The notes under the pieces were generated by a model that was not told the origin of the DNA, ran no database searches, and saw only the letters and a list, made by a program, of their open reading frames with translations. Source: a virus (lineage: Duplodnaviria > Caudoviricetes). Taken from it: a stretch of DNA of 64,000 bases. The translations under genes were made by a program, and so were the position numbers. The stretch lies in IMG/VR virus record IMGVR_UViG_3300037067_012588. One strand, 5' to 3'. How positions within the stretch are numbered: position 1 is the stretch's first letter; the number at the start of each line of letters is the position of its first letter. Positions 9,262-18,260 of the stretch are shown here, piece by piece.

Positions 9262-9801
9262 TTATAACTCCTTGTCCGACATGAACTTTCCAACTTCTGA
9301 CAAAAGAAGGCTTGCAGATTCGTTGTCCTTGTTGAGAAGAGGAACAGACCTCTGCAAGAGAATACATGAACGCCGAAGAAGACTTGACAGAATGGTTATT
9401 CTTTTTTGAAGATTCTTGACAGCATTTTCAGCCTCTATGCTGACTTGCCGAATCTGTTGGGACTCTAACTGAAGAATCTCCAGTTGCTGAAAAGCTTTTT
9501 GAATGCTTGGAAATAAAGAAGCAAAAGGACTCTCGATTTCTTCTACAGCTTTTGGCATTGAACACTTACATGTCTTCCAAACAGGAGAAACTATTTCATC
9601 CTTTGCCATTCCTTCTGGATATGCAATAATCTTTCCACGACCACCACATATCTGACAATCACTGGCTCGAAACTGTCGCCCAATAATGACCTCACCAACA
9701 ATCTGGTCAACTTCATCATTCGACAAACTACTATTCGTTTTCCAAATCAGGTCCGCAAGAACTTTCGCTTGTTCTTTCATCACCATCTCTATCTTTCCCA
9801 T
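9262..9801 (-). CDS. hypothetical protein with CxxCxGxG zinc finger and coiled coil
   Basis: CQICGGRG...CKC; start re-chosen at MGKIEM after AGGAGG. Confidence 0.6.
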   Translation of the reverse strand: MGKIEMVMKEQAKVLADLIWKTNSSLSNDEVDQIVGEVIIGRQFRASDCQICGGRGKIIAYPEGMAKDEIVSPVWKTCKCSMPKAVEEIESPFASLFPSIQKAFQQLEILQLESQQIRQVSIEAENAVKNLQKRITILSSLLRRSCILLQRSVPLLNKDNESASLLLSEVGKFMSDKEL

Positions 9802-10168
9802 CTTGAACAACCTCCTGCATAAGATATCGCTTTTTGTTTGTCTGGCGTTCAGCAATGCGTTCTGCACATCGAACAATTTGAATCAGAACTTGCGAATATG
9901 GAATATGAAATCTTAATGAAATTTTTCGTGCAACAGAGACAACATCCATTCCGTCTCTCAACATCTCTCTGGCAATTTTTATCGGCAAAAAACATTGGCT
10001 ATCAAAACCAACCTCATTCCAATCGTCTGGCGGAATAGCTTTCGCCTTAGAATGCGCACGCAATTGAGACTCATCAGATATCCCACGCCCACCCTCACCC
10101 AAAGCCTTCTTTCTTCCACGAGGACATCTAGTTTGTGTTCTTGGAAGCTTTTTATACGTCCGTCCCAT
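9731..10168 (-). CDS. basic hypothetical protein
   Basis: AGGAGA SD, MGRTYKK start. Confidence 0.6.
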   Translation of the reverse strand: MGRTYKKLPRTQTRCPRGRKKALGEGGRGISDESQLRAHSKAKAIPPDDWNEVGFDSQCFLPIKIAREMLRDGMDVVSVARKISLRFHIPYSQVLIQIVRCAERIAERQTNKKRYLMQEVVQDGKDRDGDERTSESSCGPDLENE

Positions 10169-10209
10169 TTTTATCTCCTATACATAATCCGTATTATCTA
10201 AAAAAACAT

Positions 10210-10232
10210 AACACCGTGAAAATCACGGTGTT
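10210..10232 (-). terminator. rho-independent terminator-like hairpin
   Basis: aacaccgtga-aaa-tcacggtgtt followed by a T-rich tract on minus. Confidence 0.6.
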
Positions 10233-10262
10233 TCTTTATATTTCAATCTTGGTAATATTGCT

Positions 10263-10526
10263 TTACGTCTTTTGAGTTTTATGTTCTTCTTTGTGTTCAC
10301 AATGCTCAGGAGGACCATCTTTGAATCGAAAAGCCCTTGAACGACTTTCAGCAAATGGGCAATAAACTATTTTGTCTTCCCAAAAAGATGCATCAAAGAC
10401 AGTATGGTTCCATCGCCATTCTGGACGATTATTCACTACAGCCCAAGCATCGATACATTTCTGACAGACAATCAACTTCATCTTCTTCACCGGGAAATCC
10501 CAGACGGAGAATGTGTTGCAATCCAT
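10263..10526 (-). CDS. Cys-module family protein
   Basis: VCQKC...W...W..KIVYCP...PPEHCEHKEEH. Confidence 0.6.
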   Translation of the reverse strand: MDCNTFSVWDFPVKKMKLIVCQKCIDAWAVVNNRPEWRWNHTVFDASFWEDKIVYCPFAESRSRAFRFKDGPPEHCEHKEEHKTQKT

Positions 10527-10798
10527 TCCGCCTCATTCACAGCAAGAAGAAACTTCTGAGCAGTGACCCTTACAACATCTGGACATTGTTCATATTGAAT
10601 CTGAGTTCCATATTCACAAACAACATCAACGCCATCCTCTCGGATGCTTTCTGGCTCATATTCGAACTGTCCTTCATCAGAATCTTCACCATTTGTTGAA
10701 AACCCACTGTTGTTTGGAAATACCAAAACAAAATGCGAGTTTGCTTGTGTTGCTATGCCCTTGTCCCAACAACGTATATTTGAGATTGCGAAAGCCAT
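10487..10798 (-). CDS. hypothetical protein
   Basis: GGAGG SD, 103 aa. Confidence 0.6.
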   Translation of the reverse strand: MAFAISNIRCWDKGIATQANSHFVLVFPNNSGFSTNGEDSDEGQFEYEPESIREDGVDVVCEYGTQIQYEQCPDVVRVTAQKFLLAVNEAEWIATHSPSGISR

Positions 10799-10906
10799 GA
10801 TTGAATCCTCCCGAAAAGAAGATACCTACCTCATGGCTAATTATCAGTTTTTTGTGACTATGCCCAAAGATTTATTCTTGTACTTCTAAGGAAAGACGGT
10901 TGTTTG

Positions 10907-11335
10907 TCAAATGTTTTTTTGTAAAACCTGCTCCACAACAAAGGGACAATCATTGGGAACCTTACCGCCAGACAAATAAAACAGAAGACCACCACTTGTC
11001 TGTCCACTCATGATACCATCTCCAAGAATAACACGATTGGCTTCACAACGCTTTTTGCATAAACGACATATAGCTTCGGAAGCATGAATCAGAGAATCTT
11101 GGCGAGGACTCATTTTCATCTCTACGACAAATTGACAAATCTCTGCCCATATGGAAAGTTTGGTGATTGGAATCTTTTCTGAATTATTCTCCCATCTCGA
11201 TATTGTGCTTGCAGATACAAGCATCCGCTCAGCTAAAGACTTTTGAGAGAATCCAGCATTTTTTCGTCCATGTTTCAGTTTGAAAGATAGGTCTTTGAAA
11301 AAATCATTTTCCATACCATCATCCCAAAGTGACAA
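10907..11335 (-). CDS. XRE-family HTH protein fused to the Cys-module
   Basis: LKHGRKNAGFSQKSLAERMLVSASTISRWE HTH; ICRLC...VPNDCPFVVEQ. Confidence 0.8.
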   Translation of the reverse strand: MSLWDDGMENDFFKDLSFKLKHGRKNAGFSQKSLAERMLVSASTISRWENNSEKIPITKLSIWAEICQFVVEMKMSPRQDSLIHASEAICRLCKKRCEANRVILGDGIMSGQTSGGLLFYLSGGKVPNDCPFVVEQVLQKNI

Positions 11336-11807
11336 GAATAACCGAATCAGGGAAATCAGCTTCTTCTGTCATTTCTATACACTCTCGAACTGGTAATCCA
11401 CCACAACCAGCTCCAAATAACGGAAGCTTGACGACATCATCTGTATGCGAACCAACCCAATTCTTCAGTTGAACAAACGAATTACGAATCGTTGCCCGAT
11501 CTGATTTACCCTTCCATGATGCCCAGGGTTGACTCCTTACCAAAGCCTTCGATGGTGCGCAGATAATTTTGTTGTCACTGTCGACGTAAATTTCATCCTC
11601 ATATGTCTGACACCATCGACCATAATCCAACGGAAGCGACCGATACCGTGCTGATGCTAACTTTGCAAGTCCAGCACCCATTACGTTCCGACCATCTTCA
11701 CGCCATCCAACATTTGTTGGAATTACAATCCATCCATCTTTTGGCTCAACAACAAAAATATCACCAATCGCTCGTAACATATCAATCTCCATGTCTTTAC
11801 CACCCAT
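11319..11807 (-). CDS. macrodomain (ADP-ribose-processing) protein
   Basis: GDIF, VIPTN, VMGAGLAK, LPLFGAGCGGL motifs. Confidence 0.8.
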   Translation of the reverse strand: MGGKDMEIDMLRAIGDIFVVEPKDGWIVIPTNVGWREDGRNVMGAGLAKLASARYRSLPLDYGRWCQTYEDEIYVDSDNKIICAPSKALVRSQPWASWKGKSDRATIRNSFVQLKNWVGSHTDDVVKLPLFGAGCGGLPVRECIEMTEEADFPDSVILVTLG

Positions 11808-11827
11808 GAAGATTATACGTTTGGCGA

Positions 11828-12823
11828 CTAAATAAACGACTGGAAATTCTCCAATACTTCCTTAATAACATCACCATGACACATCTTTGGCGCACACCAA
11901 CACTGTAAACGAAGCTCGCCTGTTGCTTCGGCAATTCCCTTAAGTCTTTCCAACTCAACCAACACAGGCTCGTCCTTTTCCTTTATCTTCTCAATGAGCC
12001 ATGCTCGATACTTCGCAATCACAGCAGGACGATCCGATTCACACTCCAATTGAAATGGACTCCCAAGAGGAGATGGGCGTCCTATGTATTCCCCCTTGCC
12101 GCCAAGCTTTTTGTTTACAACCTTGACCTCAAACAAGGGCAAAGGTTCTAACCCAACAAGATATCGATAGGGCATACCAGCCTTACCAAAAACAATTCTG
12201 AATAATCCTTCACGTCCTTCTCGTAAGACCTTTGATATCCACCGTTGGTCTCGCAAATATACGCCTTGCTTGCTCAATAACTGTGCTCCAAACTCAGACT
12301 TTCTTTTGTAGAAATTCAACCAAAGTGTTTTTACTTTCTCATCTGCAAAACAACGATTCTTCGATTCGTTTCTGCTAATCTTCAAATCAGAATATAAATC
12401 CCAGTTGAACGAGCGAAGAAACTCATCAACAAGATCAAAAAAATGGATCTTGTGCCCAAAAAAACAATTTTCAATCGTAATCGGTTCGCCTGTTTCACGA
12501 CAACGAATAGCGTGAACCTCTCCAAGATCATCATCACAAAACGAATGCTGAATGAAGAATGTTCTACGAAATTCTATAGCTTCCCATGCAGCCACACGAA
12601 TGTTGTTGATATGTTGAACCCATCTCTTTGCCTCTAATTTTTCGACTGGCATTTTCTTGTGTTTATCTGCGTGCAAGCAATCTTGTGGAATCGCTTTTGT
12701 GGAAATCTTTCTTCGAATGTTTGGACAATTCAATTCTCCCATTGTCCACATTGTCTCTCGTGAACAGGACCATGTCGATGCAAAATCACCGACACATTCT
12801 CGGCAAACATCCTTAGATAGCAC
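11828..12823 (-). CDS. DUF4326-domain protein with N-terminal Cys-module
   Basis: C-terminal YIGRPSPLGSPF...LQCWCAPKMCHGDVI; N-terminal VCREC...NCP...IPQDCLH. Confidence 0.75.
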   Translation of the reverse strand: MLSKDVCRECVGDFASTWSCSRETMWTMGELNCPNIRRKISTKAIPQDCLHADKHKKMPVEKLEAKRWVQHINNIRVAAWEAIEFRRTFFIQHSFCDDDLGEVHAIRCRETGEPITIENCFFGHKIHFFDLVDEFLRSFNWDLYSDLKISRNESKNRCFADEKVKTLWLNFYKRKSEFGAQLLSKQGVYLRDQRWISKVLREGREGLFRIVFGKAGMPYRYLVGLEPLPLFEVKVVNKKLGGKGEYIGRPSPLGSPFQLECESDRPAVIAKYRAWLIEKIKEKDEPVLVELERLKGIAEATGELRLQCWCAPKMCHGDVIKEVLENFQSFI

Positions 12824-12835
12824 AAGAACCCTCCA

Positions 12836-13156
12836 TTACTCTTCTAGAAGAACAATATGCTCGACTGAATATGGACACCAAGATGGTATGTTTTTCGTAA
12901 TCTTTTCCATCTGATCAATACTTGCTTGTCCATTTCCTGTTGACAGTGAACAACGCTTGGCAATAAGACAACGTTTACAAGCAACATCCATAGGGTCATG
13001 TGCGCCAAAACAAACACCAGCAGGTTCGGCATCTCTCAGTTTTTCTGGACAAATCTTTGTGATGTCGCCTTTATTCCAAAGCTTATCAAGCGCCGACGTC
13101 CAACGCTCAACGCAATGCTGACAAATTATCTTCTGAAGACCATCACAAGCCACCAT
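12836..13156 (-). CDS. Cys-module family protein
   Basis: ICQHC...W..G...ICP...IPSWCPYSVEH. Confidence 0.7.
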   Translation of the reverse strand: MVACDGLQKIICQHCVERWTSALDKLWNKGDITKICPEKLRDAEPAGVCFGAHDPMDVACKRCLIAKRCSLSTGNGQASIDQMEKITKNIPSWCPYSVEHIVLLEE

Positions 13157-13242
13157 CGTCCCCTTTTATAACAACCATTCCATACTATACGATTAAGACA
13201 TGATTTCAAAACCATTTTATTGGAGAACGTAAACGGAACAAA

Positions 13243-13271
13243 ACGGGCTTACGCTTATTGGCGAAGCCCGT
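13243..13271 (-). terminator. hairpin, possible terminator
   Basis: acgggcttacgc-ttattg-gcgaagcccgt followed by TTTTGTT on minus. Confidence 0.5.
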
Positions 13272-13334
13272 GAAATTGACACATTGTTCCGACAACCCAT
13301 CTGGAAGTCTCAAGCCGTTTGCGCTTTTCTTTCC

Positions 13335-14051
13335 TCACTCGTTCTTTCCAGATTCTGCAACGGCATTATCAAAATTCAACCCAAGACGGAACGCCGTAAA
13401 CCGAACATCAACCAAGAGACCCTGAAGAGCTTCCTGATCCGTGCATTTCTCACGAGCAGCAATGCCGTGAATCAACAAGTCAATCGCATCAGAAAGCCTC
13501 GGTTTGGATGTCCGAACAACATCAGCCTTCATCTTCTTTTCAGGAACCTTCGAAACAGGCTTGTCGGTGGCGAACGTGATATTTGCCTCGACTTCCTTCC
13601 GCATCTTTGTGAAGTCATACTCAAACGAATCCAAGACGTCTTCCGACAACGGAGGCTTTTCGTTACCATATGCCTTGAATGTATCATGATTGAAGAGATT
13701 GCCACATTCAGGAATATATCCACAGAGACGCTTGCCGTTCCAATAGACAATGAAATACACAGGAACCTCGTGGTCACCTCCAGCATGAAGAACCAACACA
13801 GGAAGCATACCACCCAACAAGAGCCTTGGTCCACACCAGTCATCAGCAGTAGACGGTGTTGCTGAAACGTTCTTCCACTTGAAATCGACCCCTTTCAGGT
13901 CGGCAACAACTTCAGGGAAGATTTTGTCGAAATACTCAATCGCCTTGACAACGCCATCCTTGTATTGGCTAGAACGAATCCACTCAACAATCCTCTTGTT
14001 GAAGTAAGCCATCAAATCTGCCTCGCCAATGATCTGTGAAAACGTACCCAT
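13335..14051 (-). CDS. hypothetical phage protein
   Basis: AGGDHE.PVYFIVYW.G..L.GYIP..GN..N motif; start re-chosen at MGTFSQ. Confidence 0.65.
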   Translation of the reverse strand: MGTFSQIIGEADLMAYFNKRIVEWIRSSQYKDGVVKAIEYFDKIFPEVVADLKGVDFKWKNVSATPSTADDWCGPRLLLGGMLPVLVLHAGGDHEVPVYFIVYWNGKRLCGYIPECGNLFNHDTFKAYGNEKPPLSEDVLDSFEYDFTKMRKEVEANITFATDKPVSKVPEKKMKADVVRTSKPRLSDAIDLLIHGIAAREKCTDQEALQGLLVDVRFTAFRLGLNFDNAVAESGKNE

Positions 14052-14055
14052 GTTC

Positions 14056-14334
14056 TTATCCTTTCTTTCTGATAATCTTGCCATAACCCCATTCGATAAG
14101 AGAAACAACTGTCACAGTACCCCACTTGATCATGCTATCAAGCGATGATTTGTCCATCATATGCTGAACTCCGAAACCAGAAATCTCCTGCCTTCCACAA
14201 AGAGGACACTCAAACAAATCCGCATTTCTGACTGTATAGTTGCCGCCACCATAATGGTCGACAACAATAACGCCAGTCTCTTTTGTTTTCATTTCCCTCA
14301 CAGTGTTCTCGCCACAAATACAAACAGGACTCAT
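14056..14334 (-). CDS. zinc-ribbon hypothetical protein
   Basis: PVCICG...ADLFECPLCG..EISGFG; GGAGG SD. Confidence 0.65.
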   Translation of the reverse strand: MSPVCICGENTVREMKTKETGVIVVDHYGGGNYTVRNADLFECPLCGRQEISGFGVQHMMDKSSLDSMIKWGTVTVVSLIEWGYGKIIRKKG

Positions 14335-14355
14335 GATTTTCCTCCCACGACGAAT

Positions 14356-14868
14356 TCAATCATCGTTCTCGCTTGCATTACGAAAGCGAATCACTTCCTT
14401 GACGATTTCAAAAACACGATGATTCTTGATCTCGTCAACGTCTTCCCAAAGATTGTCAATCTGCTCGGCAGTCAACGAATAAAACCAATCATGTTCATTG
14501 ACCATCGAAGGAGCCAACTCAAGAATCAACCCACGAAGCTCATGGGTCTTGTTCTCAATTTCCTCCTTGAGGTGCTTGAACCGACGCTTCTTGACACCAA
14601 TCTCAATGCCCTTGTCGATTGCAGCCTTGGCTGGGTCAACAGCACGAGCAACAACGAAGAAGCCATTCAGTGATTCTTGAAGAAACTTGTCGATGTTCCA
14701 GAAGCCGTTCTTCGTTCTGTATTCCTTCCCGCCCTTCGAACAAGCAACGACATCATAGTGCGGCTTTTCGCACGAGATATACGCCTTCGTGATTTTCCAA
14801 TAGGAAATCCGAACTCCGTTTCGCACACCAAAAACAGTGCCTACTTGGAACTTGCAAACATTACTCAT
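14356..14868 (-). CDS. hypothetical protein
   Basis: start re-chosen at MSNVCK after GAGG. Confidence 0.6.
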   Translation of the reverse strand: MSNVCKFQVGTVFGVRNGVRISYWKITKAYISCEKPHYDVVACSKGGKEYRTKNGFWNIDKFLQESLNGFFVVARAVDPAKAAIDKGIEIGVKKRRFKHLKEEIENKTHELRGLILELAPSMVNEHDWFYSLTAEQIDNLWEDVDEIKNHRVFEIVKEVIRFRNASENDD

Positions 14869-15223
14869 TTTTTGACCTCTTTTCAATAAGAAGTTGTTCA
14901 AAACGCAACGCCGCAGTCCACGCACCATCAAAATGGGCATCACAGTCTTGAGTTGATCCACGAATAAGAGAGCCAATGTAAATCTCACGAGCCATTTTCT
15001 CTACCGAAACAATCGAAGGATTTTCTCCCCTCAAAGACAAGCCATTTTCTGCAAGCCTTTCTTGAATGTTTCGCAATGTGCCAACCCCAAGATTACGTAT
15101 TGAGCAAAGCGACGCAACAGACATAGAAACAAGTTCTTCAATCGTCTTTACTTTTGCATGATACAGTGCAGTCTTGGCTCTTGTTGAAATGTTCAAAAAA
15201 TCAACAGATAAAGACATATCCAT
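14861..15223 (-). CDS. stand-alone RNA polymerase alpha-CTD-like protein
   Basis: LNISTRAKTAL..AKVKTIEELV......L.SIRNLG..TL..I...L.E.GLSL matches the RpoA C-terminal domain; GGAGG SD. Confidence 0.85.
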   Translation of the reverse strand: MDMSLSVDFLNISTRAKTALYHAKVKTIEELVSMSVASLCSIRNLGVGTLRNIQERLAENGLSLRGENPSIVSVEKMAREIYIGSLIRGSTQDCDAHFDGAWTAALRFEQLLIEKRSKNE

Positions 15224-15236
15224 ACGAGCTACCTCC

Positions 15237-16127
15237 TCAATGGATTCCGTTACGAGACAAAACATCCCTGATTTCCATCAGTGTCTTCCTGTCCACATCG
15301 ACAGACGAAACCATGCTGCTCAGCGAGCCATAATGCTGCTCAAGAACATTCAACAGCAGACCTTTGATTTTCTCCTCATCAGGTCCATACGGCAACTTGC
15401 TTTCGTTGTACAGAACATCAAGCGACTTCTCCTTCTCCGAGAAATACTCCTTGATGCGTTCCTCCGTCCACTCGCCACGACGGATTGACTTCAAAATCTC
15501 ACTATTCCTGTCAAGCTCAAGGTCGCCCTCGGAAAGAATCTGCTCGCACTCAAGCATCAAACGAACAACGTGGTAGGCAAACTTCACGTCAAATCCGAAC
15601 TCCTGAACGTTGGCATGACGCTTGGAGCCTTCCTTCGGCTGCTTGATACTCATTTTGTGAATTTGTTGGTATGCGTACCCTCGGAATTTATGGAAACATC
15701 CCTTGTGGAGAAACAGTTTCCGATTCTCACGGAAAATCTCCGACAGACTCGTCGAATGAATAACGCAACGAGTCGGCACAAACAGAGAATCCAGCATGTT
15801 CGGGTTATTCTGCATCACAAGGTCAACAAACCGTGCGACACCGTAGACGGCGAAATCATACTGCTTGTCATGCTGCTTGTCGTCAACATGATGCTGCTGC
15901 CAGCAAGTGAAGTCTTGCGGCTCACGCCCGAACCCACGGATATGCCCAGCGAGATGCGGGAACAGATATTCCTTCGGCGGGATGCACCATCCGTACAGGT
16001 CCATATCCGAGCTTCCACCCGAACAGCCATAGGCAACACTACCCATTTGCACAAGGTAGTGCGTATTGGTCGGTAGGAACGATGGAGGGGAAATCAATCC
16101 CCGCTCTTTCAGATCAACAATCAGCAT
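15237..16127 (-). CDS. DNA pol beta superfamily nucleotidyltransferase (YcgL/RlaP-like)
   Basis: GSVAYG....SDMD, NNPNMLD.L, FRGYA..Q, FDVKFAYHVVRL, IRRG. Confidence 0.85.
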   Translation of the reverse strand: MLIVDLKERGLISPPSFLPTNTHYLVQMGSVAYGCSGGSSDMDLYGWCIPPKEYLFPHLAGHIRGFGREPQDFTCWQQHHVDDKQHDKQYDFAVYGVARFVDLVMQNNPNMLDSLFVPTRCVIHSTSLSEIFRENRKLFLHKGCFHKFRGYAYQQIHKMSIKQPKEGSKRHANVQEFGFDVKFAYHVVRLMLECEQILSEGDLELDRNSEILKSIRRGEWTEERIKEYFSEKEKSLDVLYNESKLPYGPDEEKIKGLLLNVLEQHYGSLSSMVSSVDVDRKTLMEIRDVLSRNGIH

Positions 16128-16194
16128 TTACTACTCCTTCAATAAGCCTTCGGTAGAACATCGTCTATTATGGAGATTTTTGGAATAATTTCCA

Positions 16195-16377
16195 CTATTC
16201 TTCTGAAATAGTTATCTCCACCTCGTATGGGCAGCGTGAAAGGTCGATATCCTTGAACTCCGAATACGAAGTCCCAATTGGACACATAACCTTTCCATCC
16301 TCCCACATGATGTTGTCTAGAGCATACCACTTGAACCCACGGTCAAAACAACACCTTTGGCATATTTCTTTTCGCAA
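16195..16377 (-). CDS. Cys-module family protein
   Basis: TTG start after AAGGAG; ICQRC...W..G.VMCP...CPYEVE. Confidence 0.65.
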   Translation of the reverse strand: MRKEICQRCCFDRGFKWYALDNIMWEDGKVMCPIGTSYSEFKDIDLSRCPYEVEITISEE

Positions 16378-16440
16378 ACTTATCTCCTTGGAATCACCTT
16401 GAAACTTATACAGCTCAAGTGAACATCCAAGGAATACAAA

Positions 16441-16740
16441 TTACGCCTTTAGTGAAATAAAGTGTTCAATCGAAAAAGGACAGTGTTCTGGTGGTTGTTT
16501 ATATGTCAACGCCAACATCGTCAGAGCATCTGACTCGCTCTGAGGAAGGCACCAAACACTGCCGTGCCTCCACTGATAGTCTTCTTCGATACCCCACTTC
16601 GGACGGCAGTAGTAAGCCCGCCATTTTTCATGACACCTTTTACAAATGAGCTTGACGAGAATCGGCTTACGCTTCTCGGTTGCGAACATACCCTTCTTAC
16701 GAAGTCCCTTGATTTTCCTTTTCTTCATTGTTTGTTTCAT
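16441..16740 (-). CDS. Cys-module family protein
   Basis: ICKRC...W..GSVWC...PPEHCPFSIEH. Confidence 0.7.
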   Translation of the reverse strand: MKQTMKKRKIKGLRKKGMFATEKRKPILVKLICKRCHEKWRAYYCRPKWGIEEDYQWRHGSVWCLPQSESDALTMLALTYKQPPEHCPFSIEHFISLKA

Positions 16741-16780
16741 ATACCAGTGGACTTTCGTCCACAGAAACCTTTACAAAAAG

Positions 16781-17002
16781 TCACTTGATGTTCTCCTGAT
16801 TGACCTCAGAACTCTCCGATAAAACATGCTCAACCAAGAAAGGGCAATCACTCGGAACTGTATCAGCGATGTCGGGAAACTCACTCTCCATCAACATAGA
16901 GGTGCATATCAGCCGTTCGTTTCCACAAGCTATAGATTCGGTCGCCAGAAAACAACAATCAGCATCCTCACAAATCCATCGGCTTATCTTTATCGCACTC
17001 AT
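16781..17002 (-). CDS. Cys-module family protein
   Basis: ICEDADC...IC...VPSDCPFLVEH. Confidence 0.7.
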   Translation of the reverse strand: MSAIKISRWICEDADCCFLATESIACGNERLICTSMLMESEFPDIADTVPSDCPFLVEHVLSESSEVNQENIK

Positions 17003-17189
17003 TCTCGCCCCCCGAGATAATGTGCTCCATCAGAAACGGACAACCTTGTGGAACACCGCCATCGTATTCCCCAAGAAATCTTAAATCTTCCACAAGAGTG
17101 CAAATGGTCGGACTACAAAACTCATTCGCCTCAAAGAGGCTATGGCATTTTCCTCTCTTGCAAATACCATAGTTGATTTCAGAAGTCAA
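16968..17189 (-). CDS. Cys-module family protein
   Basis: ICKRGKC...IC...VPQGCPFLMEH. Confidence 0.7.
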   Translation of the reverse strand: MTSEINYGICKRGKCHSLFEANEFCSPTICTLVEDLRFLGEYDGGVPQGCPFLMEHIISGGENECDKDKPMDL

Positions 17190-17958
17190 AACTTTGCCCT
17201 GCCTCTACAAATCCACAAAAACCATTGTCCTTGGCTGCCTGACGTACTGTCCCTGGCTGATAGTGATACAACCACATCTTCGAGCGGATATCATCACTGA
17301 GGGTTGTAAGGTCTGCAAAATTGGCATGAACACCACTCTTGAAAGGCGATGTTTCGCAGTCTTGGAAAATCACGTCACAGCTTCGATAAAAATCCATGAT
17401 TTGATTCGGAGCAAACTGCGTATCGCTCGTGAAAAACACTTTCGGCTTTTCAGATGAAACACCAATCTCCTGAATAATCAATCCATAGCTATACTTGATG
17501 TGATAGCCAGCCATAACGTGAACCGTCTGAACAGGAATAAACGTAATTCCCTCCCACACGAAGAACGAACTGTTCTCGACAGGGTGACAATCAAAATACT
17601 CAGTTAACGTCACAACCTTCCCCTGAATTGATTCCAGTCCTCCACGGAGAGCCTGCTCCCAAAGCTCGTGCATGAGTTGGGTATTGCAAAACAACCTCGG
17701 GCGTTCAGCGTTCGGATTGAAGTAAGTGCAAAACGCAAGCTCCTCAAGACCACCAACATGGTCAGCATGGAGGTGCGAGACATACACGGCATCAATGTCA
17801 GTGTATTTCAGCCCAAGACCAAGCTTGTCCGCTGTAGTCCAGCAAGTGCTTCCACAGTCAATCAATAACTTCTTGCCAGATGCCGCCGTGATAACAGCAT
17901 TGCTTTGACCATCAAGCTTGTTGAATGCCGACCCAGCTCCGATAAATTGAATCTTCAC
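17179..17958 (-). CDS. MBL-fold metallo-hydrolase, Apyc1 (anti-Pycsar)-like
   Basis: GAGSAF, LLIDCG, HLHADHVGGLEELAF, FTSDT, QDC, VHA, LYHY. Confidence 0.8.
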   Translation of the reverse strand: MKIQFIGAGSAFNKLDGQSNAVITAASGKKLLIDCGSTCWTTADKLGLGLKYTDIDAVYVSHLHADHVGGLEELAFCTYFNPNAERPRLFCNTQLMHELWEQALRGGLESIQGKVVTLTEYFDCHPVENSSFFVWEGITFIPVQTVHVMAGYHIKYSYGLIIQEIGVSSEKPKVFFTSDTQFAPNQIMDFYRSCDVIFQDCETSPFKSGVHANFADLTTLSDDIRSKMWLYHYQPGTVRQAAKDNGFCGFVEAGQSFDF

Positions 17959-18236
17959 TTGTTTTCTCCCGGCTTGACATTGGAAAGAATCTTCGAAATC
18001 TCTTCGTATGTCCGACAGGTGATGATGATAGCGTGCTCACGAGAAAAACCACGAGCCTCAAGGGAAAGAATAGCATCCGCACGCATGTTGACGCTCGAAA
18101 CGAAAATAGCATTAAGCATCTCTTTCAGGTCGGGTCCAAACTCTTTGGCGACAGTCTTGATTCCGTCAACAACAGGACGGAACTCGGAAGCCATACTCAT
18201 TATTTCAGCAATAGCCTTCAGTGAAGAAGTATCCAT
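17955..18236 (-). CDS. hypothetical protein
   Basis: 93 aa, GFSREHA motif, coupled to the downstream gene. Confidence 0.6.
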   Translation of the reverse strand: MDTSSLKAIAEIMSMASEFRPVVDGIKTVAKEFGPDLKEMLNAIFVSSVNMRADAILSLEARGFSREHAIIITCRTYEEISKILSNVKPGENK

Positions 18237-18260
18237 TCAAAACCCCTTTCTTGAAATTCT

